From Vulcanimicrobiota bacterium (lineage in GTDB: Bacteria > Vulcanimicrobiota > Xenobia > Xenobiales > JADMJV01), in contig JBFWNU010000001.1 in assembly GCA_050250895.1 (NCBI GenBank), positions 1,384,008-1,448,007 on the forward strand: a DNA stretch of 64,000 bases, in the 5' to 3' direction. A model generated the notes under the pieces. The model did no database searches. It worked only from the letters and a program-made list of their open reading frames with translations, and was not told the origin of the DNA. The stretch's first letter is position 1, and each line of letters begins with the position of its first letter. Below are positions 1-9,815 of this stretch, piece after piece. The position numbers and the translations under genes were made by a program.

Positions 1-465
1 GCGTAGCAGGCCATAGGCGTCCTCGGCCGTGGCCGGAAAGGCAATCTTGAGACCAGGAATCGACATGAACTGGGCTTCGACACACTGGGAATGAAAGGCG
101 CTACCGCTCACCCCGGCCCCGCATGGGCCGCGCACCACCATGGGAACGCCCTGGCCCCAGCGGTAGCGGCACTTGGCCGCGAAGTTGGTGAGCATGTTCC
201 AGCCACAGGCGATGAAGTCGATGAACTGCATCTCGACCACCGGGCGCAGGCCCTGCATGGCCGCTCCGATGCCGGCCCCGATCATAGCCGACTCGCTGAT
301 GGGCGTGTCCACCACGCGCTCGGCGCCGTGGCGAGCCTGCAGGCCGTCGGTGACTTTGAAGGCTCCGCCGAAGGCCCCGATATCTTGACCCAGCAGCACC
401 ACCCGCGGATCGGCGGCCATGGCCTCGTCGAGGGCCTGGCGAATGGCCTCGAGATAGGTGGTCAT
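1..465 (-). CDS. 2-oxoacid dehydrogenase E1 beta subunit (3' end outside window)
   Basis: Not in ORF track; my translation from ATG at 465 (ATGA overlap with E1 alpha stop): MTTYLEAIRQALDEAMAADPRVVLLGQDIGAFGGAFKVTDGL...DTPISES...GLRPVVEMQFIDF...HSQ, typical E1 beta motifs. Confidence 0.93.
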   Translation of the reverse strand, partial: MTTYLEAIRQALDEAMAADPRVVLLGQDIGAFGGAFKVTDGLQARHGAERVVDTPISESAMIGAGIGAAMQGLRPVVEMQFIDFIACGWNMLTNFAAKCRYRWGQGVPMVVRGPCGAGVSGSAFHSQCVEAQFMSIPGLKIAFPATAEDAYGLLR

Positions 466-1394
466 TGGAACACACCTCCGTAGGCTCCGGCCGGATCGGG
501 GCTAGGGCTCTGTTCGGCAAAAGCCGCGTCTTCTTTGATCAAAGCCTCGACCTCAGCCTCGATGGCGGTCAGGTCCTTCTTCTTCAGGCGGGCTCGCAGG
601 CGGTCGAGAGGATCTTTTTTCTTCCACTCTTCGAACAGCTCTTTGGGCACGTAGCGGGCGTCGTCGTGGGCGGCATGGCCGGTCATGCGCATGGTCTTGC
701 ACTCGACAAAGAAGGGGCCGGCTCCTGAACGAGCGTGAGCCAGGGCTTCACGGGTGGCTTCAAAAACGGCCTCTACGTCGTTGCCGTCTACGATCAGCGA
801 GGGGATAGCGTAGGCTTTGACTCGCTCGGCCAGGTCGGTGATGGCCATCTGGTGGGACGTCGGGGTGGAATAGGCGTACTGGTTATGTTCGCCGATGAGC
901 ACGAAGGGGGCTTTGAGGACCGAGGCCAGGTTGAGCCCTTCATGAAAGTCTCCGGTCGAGGTACCGCCGTCGCCGATATAGGTGAGGGCCACGCTGGTCT
1001 TGCCCTGCTGGCGAGCGGCCCAGCCCATGCCCACCATGACCGGAATCATGGCCCCCAGCATCGAGATAGGGGCGATCACACCGCGCTCGACCGAACCAAA
1101 GTGAGTATTGCAGTCGCGCCCGGCGGTGGGCGAGGTGGCTTTGGCCATATACTGGGTGAAGACATCGCGAGGTCGGTAGTCGCGCAAAAGATAGATGGCC
1201 AGATTGCGGATCAGGGGAGCCACCAGGTCGTGCCCCTCCAGGGCCAGTCCCGAGCCCACCGAGATGGCTTCCTGGCCCAGGCTGCGATAGACTCCGCCTA
1301 CCACCTTGTTCTGGCGATAAAAGTTCACCAACTGTTCTTCCACCCGGCGGGTCAGCAGCATCAGGCGATAGGCTCGTTGGAGATCGATGCTCAT
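462..1394 (-). CDS. TPP-dependent 2-oxoacid dehydrogenase E1 alpha subunit
   Basis: GQEA, GDG-x~25-N TPP motif (YIGDGGTSTGDFHEGLN...HNQYA), RMTGHAAHDD; start moved to MSIDLQ at 1394 (ATGA overlap with lpdA stop). Confidence 0.93.
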   Translation of the reverse strand: MSIDLQRAYRLMLLTRRVEEQLVNFYRQNKVVGGVYRSLGQEAISVGSGLALEGHDLVAPLIRNLAIYLLRDYRPRDVFTQYMAKATSPTAGRDCNTHFGSVERGVIAPISMLGAMIPVMVGMGWAARQQGKTSVALTYIGDGGTSTGDFHEGLNLASVLKAPFVLIGEHNQYAYSTPTSHQMAITDLAERVKAYAIPSLIVDGNDVEAVFEATREALAHARSGAGPFFVECKTMRMTGHAAHDDARYVPKELFEEWKKKDPLDRLRARLKKKDLTAIEAEVEALIKEDAAFAEQSPSPDPAGAYGGVFQ

Positions 1395-2800
1395 GAGCGC
1401 TTGCGGCGGGCCGGCGGCAGGTGGATGGGTTGACCGAAGACGCCATGGGCGGCCTCGGGGATGGCCTCCGACAAGGTGGGGTGGGCGTGGACGGTGCGAA
1501 ACAACTCTTCCACGGTGGCCTCGCAGGCCAGGGCCACGCACGCCTCGGCGATGAGGTCGGTGGCATGGGGGCCGATGATATGCACTCCCAGCAGTTCTCC
1601 GAACTCTTCGTCGGCGACGATTTTCACCAGGCCTTCGGTCTCGTTGAGGATCGAAGCTTTGCCCAGGGCGGCCCAGGGAAAGCGACCGACCTTGACGGCC
1701 CGGCCGGCTTCCACGGCCTGGGCCTCGGTCAGGCCGACGCTAGCCACTTCGGGTTTGCAATAGGTAGCCGAAGGAATCTTGTGGTAATCGATGGGGCGAG
1801 TCTCGTGGCCAGCGATATGCTCCACGGCCACGATACCTTCGGCCGAGGCCACGTGGGCCAGTTGCGGGCCGGGCACGATGTCGCCGATGGCGTAAAGGTT
1901 AGGCAGCGAGGTGCGGTAGTATTCATCGACTTTGAGATAGCGACCGGCTCGCTCGACGCCCAGTTCTTCCAGGCCCAGGCCGTCCAGCATCGGGGCTCGT
2001 CCGACGGCCATCAGCAGGGCTTCGGCTTGCAGTTCGACCTGACCCTCAGGGCCCTGGGCGCTGAGGGTGACGCTCGACTTGCCGGTCTTGACCGACTCGA
2101 CGCGAGTGGAAGTGTGGATTTTGATGCCCTTCTTGGCGAAGGCCTTTTGCAGCTCTTTGGAAATCTCTTCGTCTTCTAGCGGCAGAGCCCGGTCGAGCAT
2201 CTCGACCACTTCGACCTGGGCCCCGAAGTCGTTGTAGACGCAGGCGAACTCGAGGCCCACGGCACCTGCGCCCATCACGATCAGGCTTTGGGGCACTTCG
2301 GCGTGCTCGAGGATCTCGTCTGAGGTGAAGACGCGCCGCCCGTCGATTTCGGCCAGGGAGAGGCGCACCGGCACCGAGCCCGTGGCCAGAATCACGTTGG
2401 TGGCCTCGACCGTTTGGCCGGTGTCCGTGACGATGCGGGTGGCCGACTCGAGGCGACCCCGGCCGGCGATGACGGTGATGTCGTTCTTCTTCATCAACCC
2501 GTCGAGACCCATGGCCATACGCTTGACCACCTTGGATTTGCTTTTGTGAACCGCCTCCATGTCGAGACTGGCCTTTTCTACGGTGACGCCAAAGCTCGCA
2601 CCGTGAGCCAGGCTCTGATAGAAGTCTGAGTAGTGAAGCAGTGCTTTGGTGGGGATGCAGCCGCGGTGGAGACAGGTGCCGCCGAGTTTCGGGTCCTTCT
2701 CGATCACCGCCACCTTCAGGCCCAACTGGGCGGCGCGAACGGCAGCTACGTAGCCGCCGGGGCCGCCCCCCAGGATGGCCAAATCGAATCTTGCGCTCAT
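1391..2800 (-). CDS. lpdA: Dihydrolipoyl dehydrogenase (E3)
   Basis: GGGPGGY FAD loop, GGTCLHRGCIPTK redox disulfide, GAGAVGLE NAD loop, HAHPTLSE. Confidence 0.97.
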   Translation of the reverse strand: MSARFDLAILGGGPGGYVAAVRAAQLGLKVAVIEKDPKLGGTCLHRGCIPTKALLHYSDFYQSLAHGASFGVTVEKASLDMEAVHKSKSKVVKRMAMGLDGLMKKNDITVIAGRGRLESATRIVTDTGQTVEATNVILATGSVPVRLSLAEIDGRRVFTSDEILEHAEVPQSLIVMGAGAVGLEFACVYNDFGAQVEVVEMLDRALPLEDEEISKELQKAFAKKGIKIHTSTRVESVKTGKSSVTLSAQGPEGQVELQAEALLMAVGRAPMLDGLGLEELGVERAGRYLKVDEYYRTSLPNLYAIGDIVPGPQLAHVASAEGIVAVEHIAGHETRPIDYHKIPSATYCKPEVASVGLTEAQAVEAGRAVKVGRFPWAALGKASILNETEGLVKIVADEEFGELLGVHIIGPHATDLIAEACVALACEATVEELFRTVHAHPTLSEAIPEAAHGVFGQPIHLPPARRKRS

Positions 2801-2898
2801 GGGCGCGGGCCTTCTCGCTTTGCCGATCCTGTCCTTCCCCGTTTAGAGCCTGGCCGGTCTGGAAAGGTTATAGCTACCGTCAGAAGAAGGGACATTCC

Positions 2899-3699
2899 AT
2901 GCCACAGCTTGCAGAACACATTCCTATCAACAAGCAACGCACTTCGTGTGCCGAGAAGAACGACAAATTGGGCTGGAAGGCCGGCTTCTCCATCGAGTAT
3001 TACGGGATGACTCTGGGGGTTCGCACCAACAACCCCGACCGACTCGACCAGTTGCGCTCCATGCTTCCAAAGGGCTGCAAGCCTTCGGATGCCCGCGAGG
3101 TCGACGTCCTTCTATCTCTCATCGAAGGCAAGTCGGCCAGACGTAAGGGCGTCAAGAACTACCACATCGTCTATGATGCCTGGTCGCGTATCGCCCGAAC
3201 CATGGACTTTGACGAGGCTCTAGCCACTTTCGAGTCGGGCTTGCGTTTGCGTCTCGCTACCCATTGCCCCGAGCGTCTCTTTTTGTCCTGTCCGGTGGTG
3301 AGTTGGAAGGGTAAGGCCGTGTTCATTCTGGGTGAGACCGGGTCGGGCGTCTCGACCCTGATCGATGCCCTGGTCGAGGCTGGCGGCGAGGTCTTTTCTA
3401 AAGAGTTCGCGCTCATCGACTCTGAGGGCATGGTTTGCTCTTTCGACCGTCCCGAGCGCTCTCCCATCGAGCCCGGCATGATTTTGCTGCCTCGCTACGA
3501 AGAGGGGCGCCATTTCCGGCCTGGTAAACTGACCGCGGGCAAAGCTGCCCTAGAACTTTTTGTCAAGGTCCCCTCGGCTCAGTTGAATCCGGCGCGGGCG
3601 CTTGGTCGACTGGCCCTGTTGGCGGGGGCGGCTCCGGCGTTTCGAGGTCGCCGTGGAGAGGCTGACCAGGTGATTCGCTTCATCGAGCGCAAGCTTTGA
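2899..3699 (+). CDS. HprK-related kinase-like P-loop protein with degenerate Walker A
   Basis: GKAVFILGETGSGVSTL...FSKEFALID resembles the HprK-type kinase core; start set at MPQLAEH (2899) from the promoter motif. Confidence 0.6.
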   Translation: MPQLAEHIPINKQRTSCAEKNDKLGWKAGFSIEYYGMTLGVRTNNPDRLDQLRSMLPKGCKPSDAREVDVLLSLIEGKSARRKGVKNYHIVYDAWSRIARTMDFDEALATFESGLRLRLATHCPERLFLSCPVVSWKGKAVFILGETGSGVSTLIDALVEAGGEVFSKEFALIDSEGMVCSFDRPERSPIEPGMILLPRYEEGRHFRPGKLTAGKAALELFVKVPSAQLNPARALGRLALLAGAAPAFRGRRGEADQVIRFIERKL

Positions 3700-3807
3700 A
3701 AATCGCTTGGAGGCGTACACATTTCGGCAACGTAAAGTTTACAGGACGTTAACAAGAGAGGCCGTTTTATCAGAGGCCCCCCAAAAGAGCATGGTTAACA
3801 TGAGAGT

Positions 3808-4551
3808 ATGGTCCCTGCGACTGCAACGCTCACTGCCGATCTGAGACTACTTCTGCAACGCTTCATCGAGGGCTCGAGCGATCCCCTGGATTGGGAGGTT
3901 TTTCTCTCGCGCCGCTATGGCATGATCGAGCGCCTCCGGCAGTATGCCCTCGACGAATCCGAGAGTGTCGCTCTGGCCGGCCTGGCCGACCTGCTCACTC
4001 GCATCGAGGTGATTTACGAGGGAGGGCCGGGGCGCCAACGGGGCCAGATCCTGGCCGGCCTGGTGAACGACTATGAATCGCGGGTGACCAGGTTTATCGT
4101 CGCTCGGGCGGGGCATCGATTTGTCGAGCTGCCGGCTCAGGACGAATTGATGCGGGCGGCTCACGCAGCCCGGTTGGGGCGGGCTACCTCCGAGGCGGTC
4201 GCCGAGCGGTTGGCTCCGGCCTTGCGTGAGTTGATTGATCTGACCCGTGGCCTTTCCCGCTACGCGGTCGAGGCGGTGCGCGAGTTGCATGAGTCGCTCT
4301 CTGCTTACACTTACTGGCTGGCTCGGCTGGTCGGGGGCGAGCTGCAGTCGTTCGAGCCAATGCTCGAGGAGGGACGCCGACTCGATGATTTGTTAGCCAG
4401 AGTCAGCACGCCGGTCTGGGGTGGTCACCACAATACGAATGCCGATCCCGAGCAGTTGCTCGAGTTTCAGTATGTCTGCGTAGCCACCGAGGCGGCCGAC
4501 TCCGAGGCGCCCCTCGAGTCATTGTGGTTTCAGCTCGCCTGCGGACTTTAA
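3808..4551 (+). CDS. Hypothetical helical protein
   Basis: 247-aa ORF with coding-like composition; TAACAT 6 nt before the ATG; no recognisable family. Confidence 0.65.
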   Translation: MVPATATLTADLRLLLQRFIEGSSDPLDWEVFLSRRYGMIERLRQYALDESESVALAGLADLLTRIEVIYEGGPGRQRGQILAGLVNDYESRVTRFIVARAGHRFVELPAQDELMRAAHAARLGRATSEAVAERLAPALRELIDLTRGLSRYAVEAVRELHESLSAYTYWLARLVGGELQSFEPMLEEGRRLDDLLARVSTPVWGGHHNTNADPEQLLEFQYVCVATEAADSEAPLESLWFQLACGL

Positions 4552-5742
4552 CGAGTCTCGAGAGGTCATGATCAGTCCCATCGGAACCCGCGGATAGAGG
4601 TTCAGAGAACGCCTGGGCAGACGCTTGCCCGCCAGGGTGCTGGCCATGATCTGTTCGACCTGGGGTGGAGGCAGAAAGAAGGCTACACTCAATTGTTCCT
4701 GATCAAGCAGTTCGTGTGCTTCGTCGGGGTCGTCGAAGTAGTCCAGGGCTTCCCCAGGATTCAGAGCCTTGGCTTCGAGTCCCAGCAGTTTCTCGAGCAC
4801 CAGTTCATGGAGGACGACCACATCCAGTGGGCGCGGCGTACTGGCTGGTGCGCTGGCTAGATAAAAGCCCCGGCCGAGCCCGAGGCCGAGCAGGAAGCGC
4901 TCCGTTTCTCCGCTGAGATGGGTCAGTAGTTCCGGTAGTGTTCGGGTCCACCGCGTGATCTCGAAGTGGCCCTCCAAGCGCTTGAGCACATCCTCTGGCT
5001 TGAACCCGCGAAGCCCCCGATGAACGGGCAACAACATGAGCGACGGTTCGTGAGCGGGCACGACCAGCACGGGCAACGGGGTTTCGAGGCCTTCGCGGGC
5101 GGCTCGCTGGGCGGCCTCGAAAGGCACATCGCCGTCGACAATGACGAGGGGATTGCTGGTGATCAAGGCGCCCACCTCGTTGAGGGTGGTGGTGTCGTCC
5201 ACTCGCCAGAGTGAGTGTTCTATCCGGTTCGGGTCGACGAAGGTGACGAGCGGCGCGTTCATCGAGGCGAAACTACTTAATTGCGCCAGTCGGCCCTGGG
5301 GGTCGGCGGTCAGCATCGTTACCGTCTCGAGGTGGGCCGAGCACTCGCGCATCTGGCGTTCCAGGGGTTCGGTCGCCTCAGGGTTGGAGTGGGCGTGAGC
5401 GAAGATATCGCCCGGGTCCGAGTGGGCCAGACTCATGGCGCCAAACCAGCCGGTGCGGTGGTGCAGTTCTTCCCCGAGTTCGAACTCCTGGCGATAGACG
5501 TAGAGGGCGGGATTTTCGTCGCTGACGAGAACGCCCTGCTCTATCCACGCCTCCAGCAACCCGCGGCGGGTCTGAGTTTGGCCGGGAAAGAGCAGGTTGT
5601 AGATGTGGTGGGGATGACTCTCGCGTAGCTTCTGGGTGGCTTTGCGGTCAAGGTCGAAGCACGGAGGGGCCACCAGGTCGGGAAGTCTTGCGTATAGTCC
5701 GTGCGCGAAGCGAAGTGCGGCGAAGGGCTGAAAGTCCGGCAT
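4519..5742 (-). CDS. DUF1015 family protein (motifs degenerate)
   Basis: MPDFQPFAALRF..LVAPPCFD, PALYVYRQEF, H(S)LWRV, LLPVHR, C-terminal LPRRSLNLYPRVPMGL match the DUF1015 layout. Confidence 0.8.
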   Translation of the reverse strand: MPDFQPFAALRFAHGLYARLPDLVAPPCFDLDRKATQKLRESHPHHIYNLLFPGQTQTRRGLLEAWIEQGVLVSDENPALYVYRQEFELGEELHHRTGWFGAMSLAHSDPGDIFAHAHSNPEATEPLERQMRECSAHLETVTMLTADPQGRLAQLSSFASMNAPLVTFVDPNRIEHSLWRVDDTTTLNEVGALITSNPLVIVDGDVPFEAAQRAAREGLETPLPVLVVPAHEPSLMLLPVHRGLRGFKPEDVLKRLEGHFEITRWTRTLPELLTHLSGETERFLLGLGLGRGFYLASAPASTPRPLDVVVLHELVLEKLLGLEAKALNPGEALDYFDDPDEAHELLDQEQLSVAFFLPPPQVEQIMASTLAGKRLPRRSLNLYPRVPMGLIMTSRDSLKSAGELKPQ

Positions 5743-5892
5743 CCGAGGCGACCTCCGGCCGCAACCTTCCCCGGGGCCCAGGTTATACCTCCAATCATGA
5801 CTTTGTACTTTAGTGCAGGAAGTTTGCCTTTGCAAGAGAACACCGACTAGATTACTCTGTTGGAAGATATTTCAACCGAGGGGGTTGAGGTT

Positions 5893-8013
5893 GTGAATAA
5901 ATATCAATTGGCGCGAGTAACAGTGCTCGCATTGTTCTTATTTGGTGGGGCCTGGGCGGCTCCGCTGTTTCCTGACGTACCTGACAATCACTGGGCCAAG
6001 GACGCCGTGGCGGCCCTGGCTGCTAAAGGGCTGGTCGAGGGTTATCCTGACGGCACTTTCAAAGGTGACCGGGCCGCATCTCGATACGAAGTCGGGATGA
6101 TCGTCGCTCGCCTGCTGGCCAAGATGGAGCAGGCTCATGCGACCTTTGCTACCAAGGCCGAGCTGCAAGAGCTTCGCAAGTTGGCCGACGCCTACAAAGA
6201 AGAGCTCGAAGCCTTCGGCGTCAGGGTGACCAATCTCGAAGAGCAGACGAATCGCCTTGATTTGCGCGTGTCTGAACTCGAGCGCATTCGCTTCTACGGT
6301 CGCATGCAGTTTGTTGGCGTCTCCAACAATCTGCGCGGCGCGCCGCTCAACATCGGAACTATCGGCAACCCCGGGATCGACTGGTCGACCGGTCGTCTGC
6401 TGGTGGAGGGGACCGGTTTGTCCAGCGTGGGCGTGCTCGGTCTTAATGCCGATATCACCGATGATCTGGTGATGGGCGCCGAGTTCGTGGCCTTCGCCTC
6501 TCAGGGGGTCGGCGCCATCGACTCCTACTGGGGTCCGTCGGCTCCGTATTCGACCAATCCCTGGACGGCTCGCGGCAACGGTGCCGGTCTGCCGGGCTTT
6601 CAGCCCGACAACAACCAGCCCTACACCCGCATGGTGCTCGATAATTTCTGGGTTCATCATAAGCCCAGTGACACACGCGCCACCTTCGGCAGCTATTTCA
6701 CCCGCTACGTTTCGGGCTTTGTCATCAACGGGGCGCGCAACCCCAATATCCATCGGCCTCAGTGGCTCTCCTTCAACGGCGTCGACGTCAACGGTAGTAT
6801 TGCCGGCGTAGACAGCGGCTGGAAATACGAAGTCTTCTACACGTTGCTTCCCGAGTTGACCACCTATGGCAACCACGCTCACGGTGCCGCCGTGCGCTAC
6901 GAGTTTGACGACAACAAAGGCTTCGTCAATCTCACCTTCGCCCGGACTCAGAACGAGCGCATCAACGACGGCGTGCTTCAGGGCGCGGCCGCTCCTCTGA
7001 TTCCGCTGCCCGGCGTCCCTTTCACCGGCCCGGGCGCTCCGCCCGTTCCGGTCAATTCCTGGCTCGACACCCGCCCCGCCGTTCCGGTCGCCCGCACCCT
7101 GGTCGGCCCGCAGTCCGAGAAGACCTACGGTATCGAGTTCAACTATCAGGTGTGGGAAGACGCCGATGTTCGCATCCTGGGCGAGTTCGCATCCAGCGAC
7201 TACAACCCGGATACTTCCTCCCTGTTCTTCAACACCACGGTGAGTGGCGACCTGTTCCGCTTCGGGGTGTCGGCCGCTCCTATCGACGGACTCGAACTGG
7301 GGCTGGAGTATCTGAGCGTCGACCCGACCTACGACCCCTTCATCGCGGGTTATCCGACCCCGCCGGGGGTCCCGGTCTTCTTGCCCTACGGCACTTACTA
7401 CTCTAATTACTACCAGTTGCACGACTATCTGAACTACCCGAACAACCGCGAGGGTATCAAGCTCTTTGGTTCGTATCGGTTCAACGAGAAGAAGACCCGA
7501 GTCTACCTGACCTACCAGCACCTGAATCAGAAGACGCCGAGCACCCCGCGCCAGATCCAGTCGGTGGGCAACATCGAGCCGCTCTTCCCGATTCTGCAGG
7601 CGGGCGGCAGCCAGAAGGGTCAGATCGACAGCTTCGGCGTGGGCATTGGTCACCGCTTCGACTTTGGTCTGCAGGCCGACCTGGAATACTATCGTTACAG
7701 CGTCGACCGCAGCGCCCCGGCCATCGATGATGTGAGCTTGGCCGAGGACATCTATCGCCTCTCGCTCGAGTATCCCATCGACGACGAGTTCACCGTTCGC
7801 GGCGGACTCTACTACCTCGATTATAACGGCCACTCGGGCGTGCTGAACACCAATTTCAGCCAGACCATTCCCAATGTCGGTGTCGACTGGGATATGGCCG
7901 AGAACACGCGAGTGTCGGTCGACTATCGTTTCCACGACCTCGACAACCGGGCCGCTCCCAATGCCTCTTATAACGGCAGCCAGATGCTGGTCGAAGTCAA
8001 GATGGACTTCTAA
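5893..8013 (+). CDS. SLH-domain outer-membrane beta-barrel protein (OmpM/cyanobacterial porin-like)
   Basis: Signal peptide (..GGAWA|AP), SLH domain FPDVPDNHWAKDAV..GLVEGYPDGTFKGDRAASRYE, coiled coil, amphipathic beta strands, C-terminal Phe (VKMDF). Confidence 0.88.
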   Translation: MNKYQLARVTVLALFLFGGAWAAPLFPDVPDNHWAKDAVAALAAKGLVEGYPDGTFKGDRAASRYEVGMIVARLLAKMEQAHATFATKAELQELRKLADAYKEELEAFGVRVTNLEEQTNRLDLRVSELERIRFYGRMQFVGVSNNLRGAPLNIGTIGNPGIDWSTGRLLVEGTGLSSVGVLGLNADITDDLVMGAEFVAFASQGVGAIDSYWGPSAPYSTNPWTARGNGAGLPGFQPDNNQPYTRMVLDNFWVHHKPSDTRATFGSYFTRYVSGFVINGARNPNIHRPQWLSFNGVDVNGSIAGVDSGWKYEVFYTLLPELTTYGNHAHGAAVRYEFDDNKGFVNLTFARTQNERINDGVLQGAAAPLIPLPGVPFTGPGAPPVPVNSWLDTRPAVPVARTLVGPQSEKTYGIEFNYQVWEDADVRILGEFASSDYNPDTSSLFFNTTVSGDLFRFGVSAAPIDGLELGLEYLSVDPTYDPFIAGYPTPPGVPVFLPYGTYYSNYYQLHDYLNYPNNREGIKLFGSYRFNEKKTRVYLTYQHLNQKTPSTPRQIQSVGNIEPLFPILQAGGSQKGQIDSFGVGIGHRFDFGLQADLEYYRYSVDRSAPAIDDVSLAEDIYRLSLEYPIDDEFTVRGGLYYLDYNGHSGVLNTNFSQTIPNVGVDWDMAENTRVSVDYRFHDLDNRAAPNASYNGSQMLVEVKMDF

Positions 8014-8025
8014 CCGGTTCCGAAG

Positions 8026-8055
8026 AAGCGCCCCCGAGTTCGGGGGCGCTTTTTT
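8026..8055 (+). terminator. Rho-independent terminator
   Basis: AAGCGCCCCCG-agtt-CGGGGGCGCTT stem followed by T-run, just after the SLH gene. Confidence 0.9.
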
Positions 8056-9001
8056 ATAGGCTGCGAGCAAGCCGGCGAACAAAGATGCCGGCTAATTCCG
8101 GGTCGAATTGCGTTCCCGAGCCCCGCACGATTTCGATGAGGGCCTGGGAAGAGTTCATGGCCTCTCGATAGGGTCGTTCGCCGATCATGGCGTCGAAGCT
8201 GTCGGCCAGGGTCAGGATGCGAGCCGCTACCGGGATCGCTTGCTGGCTCAAACCGTCGGGATAGCCCTGGCCGTCCCATCGTTCGTGATGGCCGCGCACG
8301 GCCGGCAGCAGGCTTTCCAGTGAGGGGATGGGTCGCAGCAGGCATTCGCCCACGACCGGATGCAGGCGAACGATCTCGAATTCGTCTTCGCTCAGAGGGC
8401 CCGTCTTGTTGAGAATGTTCGAGGGGATGTGGAGTTTGCCGATGTCGTGGAGCGTGCCGGCGTCGTCCATGTCGACTTGCGAGGCGCGCAAAGCTTCGGC
8501 CAGTTCGTCCCGTTCGCAAGAGGTGAGCGAGCCCAGTCCCACGGCAGCCATGCCGACTTCGCGAAAGATGATGCCGTCCTGAACGGCCTGACGTTCTTCG
8601 GCGTCGAGGTCGAGTTCTTCGGCCAGGCCTTTGGCTAGATCGGCCACTCGATTCGAGTGACTGTAGTTAAACGGGCTCGAGTGGGCAAACAGGTGCAGCA
8701 GGGCTTCAAGGGCTTTGCGCGGCTGCCGATCGCAATCTGGAAAGGCCTTGCGAAGCCAGTTCCAGGTCAGACTGCCGAGATTGCGGGCGGCTACACTTTG
8801 CAGTTCGGGGGTGTTGGCCGCGCCCGGGGCCGCCAGGGCTTGAGACCAGAAGATGGTCACGTCGCCTTCGCTACGAGCCTGGTTCGGCTGGCCCAGGGTC
8901 ACCATATCGCCGAAGGCGTTGCCGTTGGGAGACGCCTGGGGTAAGGCTCGGGGAGCTTGAGCCTGGGAGGGGATGAAGCCGGTAAATCGATCGATGGGCA
9001 T
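8054..9001 (-). CDS. HD-GYP domain phosphodiesterase with low-complexity N-terminal leader
   Basis: HSNRVA, LHDIGK, HPVVG, HHERWDGQGYP, ADSFDAM, RPYR; start placed at MPIDRF because the longer ORF overlaps the methyltransferase. Confidence 0.88.
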   Translation of the reverse strand: MPIDRFTGFIPSQAQAPRALPQASPNGNAFGDMVTLGQPNQARSEGDVTIFWSQALAAPGAANTPELQSVAARNLGSLTWNWLRKAFPDCDRQPRKALEALLHLFAHSSPFNYSHSNRVADLAKGLAEELDLDAEERQAVQDGIIFREVGMAAVGLGSLTSCERDELAEALRASQVDMDDAGTLHDIGKLHIPSNILNKTGPLSEDEFEIVRLHPVVGECLLRPIPSLESLLPAVRGHHERWDGQGYPDGLSQQAIPVAARILTLADSFDAMIGERPYREAMNSSQALIEIVRGSGTQFDPELAGIFVRRLARSL

Positions 9002-9023
9002 TCCAGGCTTCACGGCATGAGTG

Positions 9024-9815
9024 TCACGCACTCGAAGCTGTTTGTCTAGCGTTTTTGCGCTCGAGAACGGTGACGAGCAGATAACCCCCCAACCATTGGC
9101 TGAGCCACAGGTCCAATTGGACCAGGCGCGAGACACCCATGAGCCGGGTGACCAACAGCCAGAGGCCGCGCAGCAGAGGGCGCAAGGGCGGCAGGAACTT
9201 GTAGGCGTCAAACAAGATCGAGAGGAAGGCCATGGTGTATTCACGGGCCATGCGAGCCTCCGGGGGAAGACAGTCCTGCAGACTCTTCTTGGGCACCTCG
9301 ACGCCGTATGGCCAGGCGCCCACCTTCTCGAGAATGAATTTGCCCACCCGATAGATGGGCGAGTTGGCGTAGGGAGTGAAGATGATGACCTGGCCCTGTT
9401 CCGAGAGCACCGAGACGAACTCTGACAAGGCTTTGCGTTGGTCATCGACCGTGAAGTGCTCGAGCACGCCGGCGTTCCACAGCAGGTCGTAAGAATTGCC
9501 GCCTGGCAGGCTAAGGATCGAGCCCTGGACGAAATGTCCGGGGGTCTCGCCAAACTCGAGCCGGGCTAACTCCAGGGCTTCTTCGGTGATATCGAGGCAG
9601 GTGACCGCAGCTCCGGCCAGAGCCAGCCGGTGCGAGATTCGACCCGTGCCACAGCCCGCTTCGAGAATAAAACGACCGCTGGCTCCGCCGGCCTCGCGAA
9701 GCAAGGTTTGCAGGATCAGCTCCGAGAGTGAATCCCACGGTTTGGCCTGGGGGCGTGCCCCCCAATAGCCGGCCCAGACTTCGCGAATCTTGTCTTCGCT
9801 TTGTTCGCGGCTCAA
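9024..9815 (-). CDS. Class I SAM-dependent methyltransferase
   Basis: ILEAGCGTGR motif I, LDI, YDLLWNAGVLEHF. Confidence 0.9.
   Translation of the reverse strand: MSREQSEDKIREVWAGYWGARPQAKPWDSLSELILQTLLREAGGASGRFILEAGCGTGRISHRLALAGAAVTCLDITEEALELARLEFGETPGHFVQGSILSLPGGNSYDLLWNAGVLEHFTVDDQRKALSEFVSVLSEQGQVIIFTPYANSPIYRVGKFILEKVGAWPYGVEVPKKSLQDCLPPEARMAREYTMAFLSILFDAYKFLPPLRPLLRGLWLLVTRLMGVSRLVQLDLWLSQWLGGYLLVTVLERKNARQTASSA

Noticed and set aside
5938-8082. 714-aa minus-strand ORF
   Set aside because: Antisense shadow of the SLH-barrel gene; typical of high-GC codon bias, no motifs
9009-9035. Sigma28-like promoter (TCGA-N15-GCCGTGAA, minus strand) before the leader-bearing HD-GYP gene
   Set aside because: Two mismatches in each box and only one instance; too weak to call
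8054-9553. N-terminal extensions given by the ORF track (also 462..1541, 14916..16664, 36717..38342, 62780..63586)
   Set aside because: Extensions overlap neighbouring real genes; shorter starts fit family N-termini and promoter or SD positions
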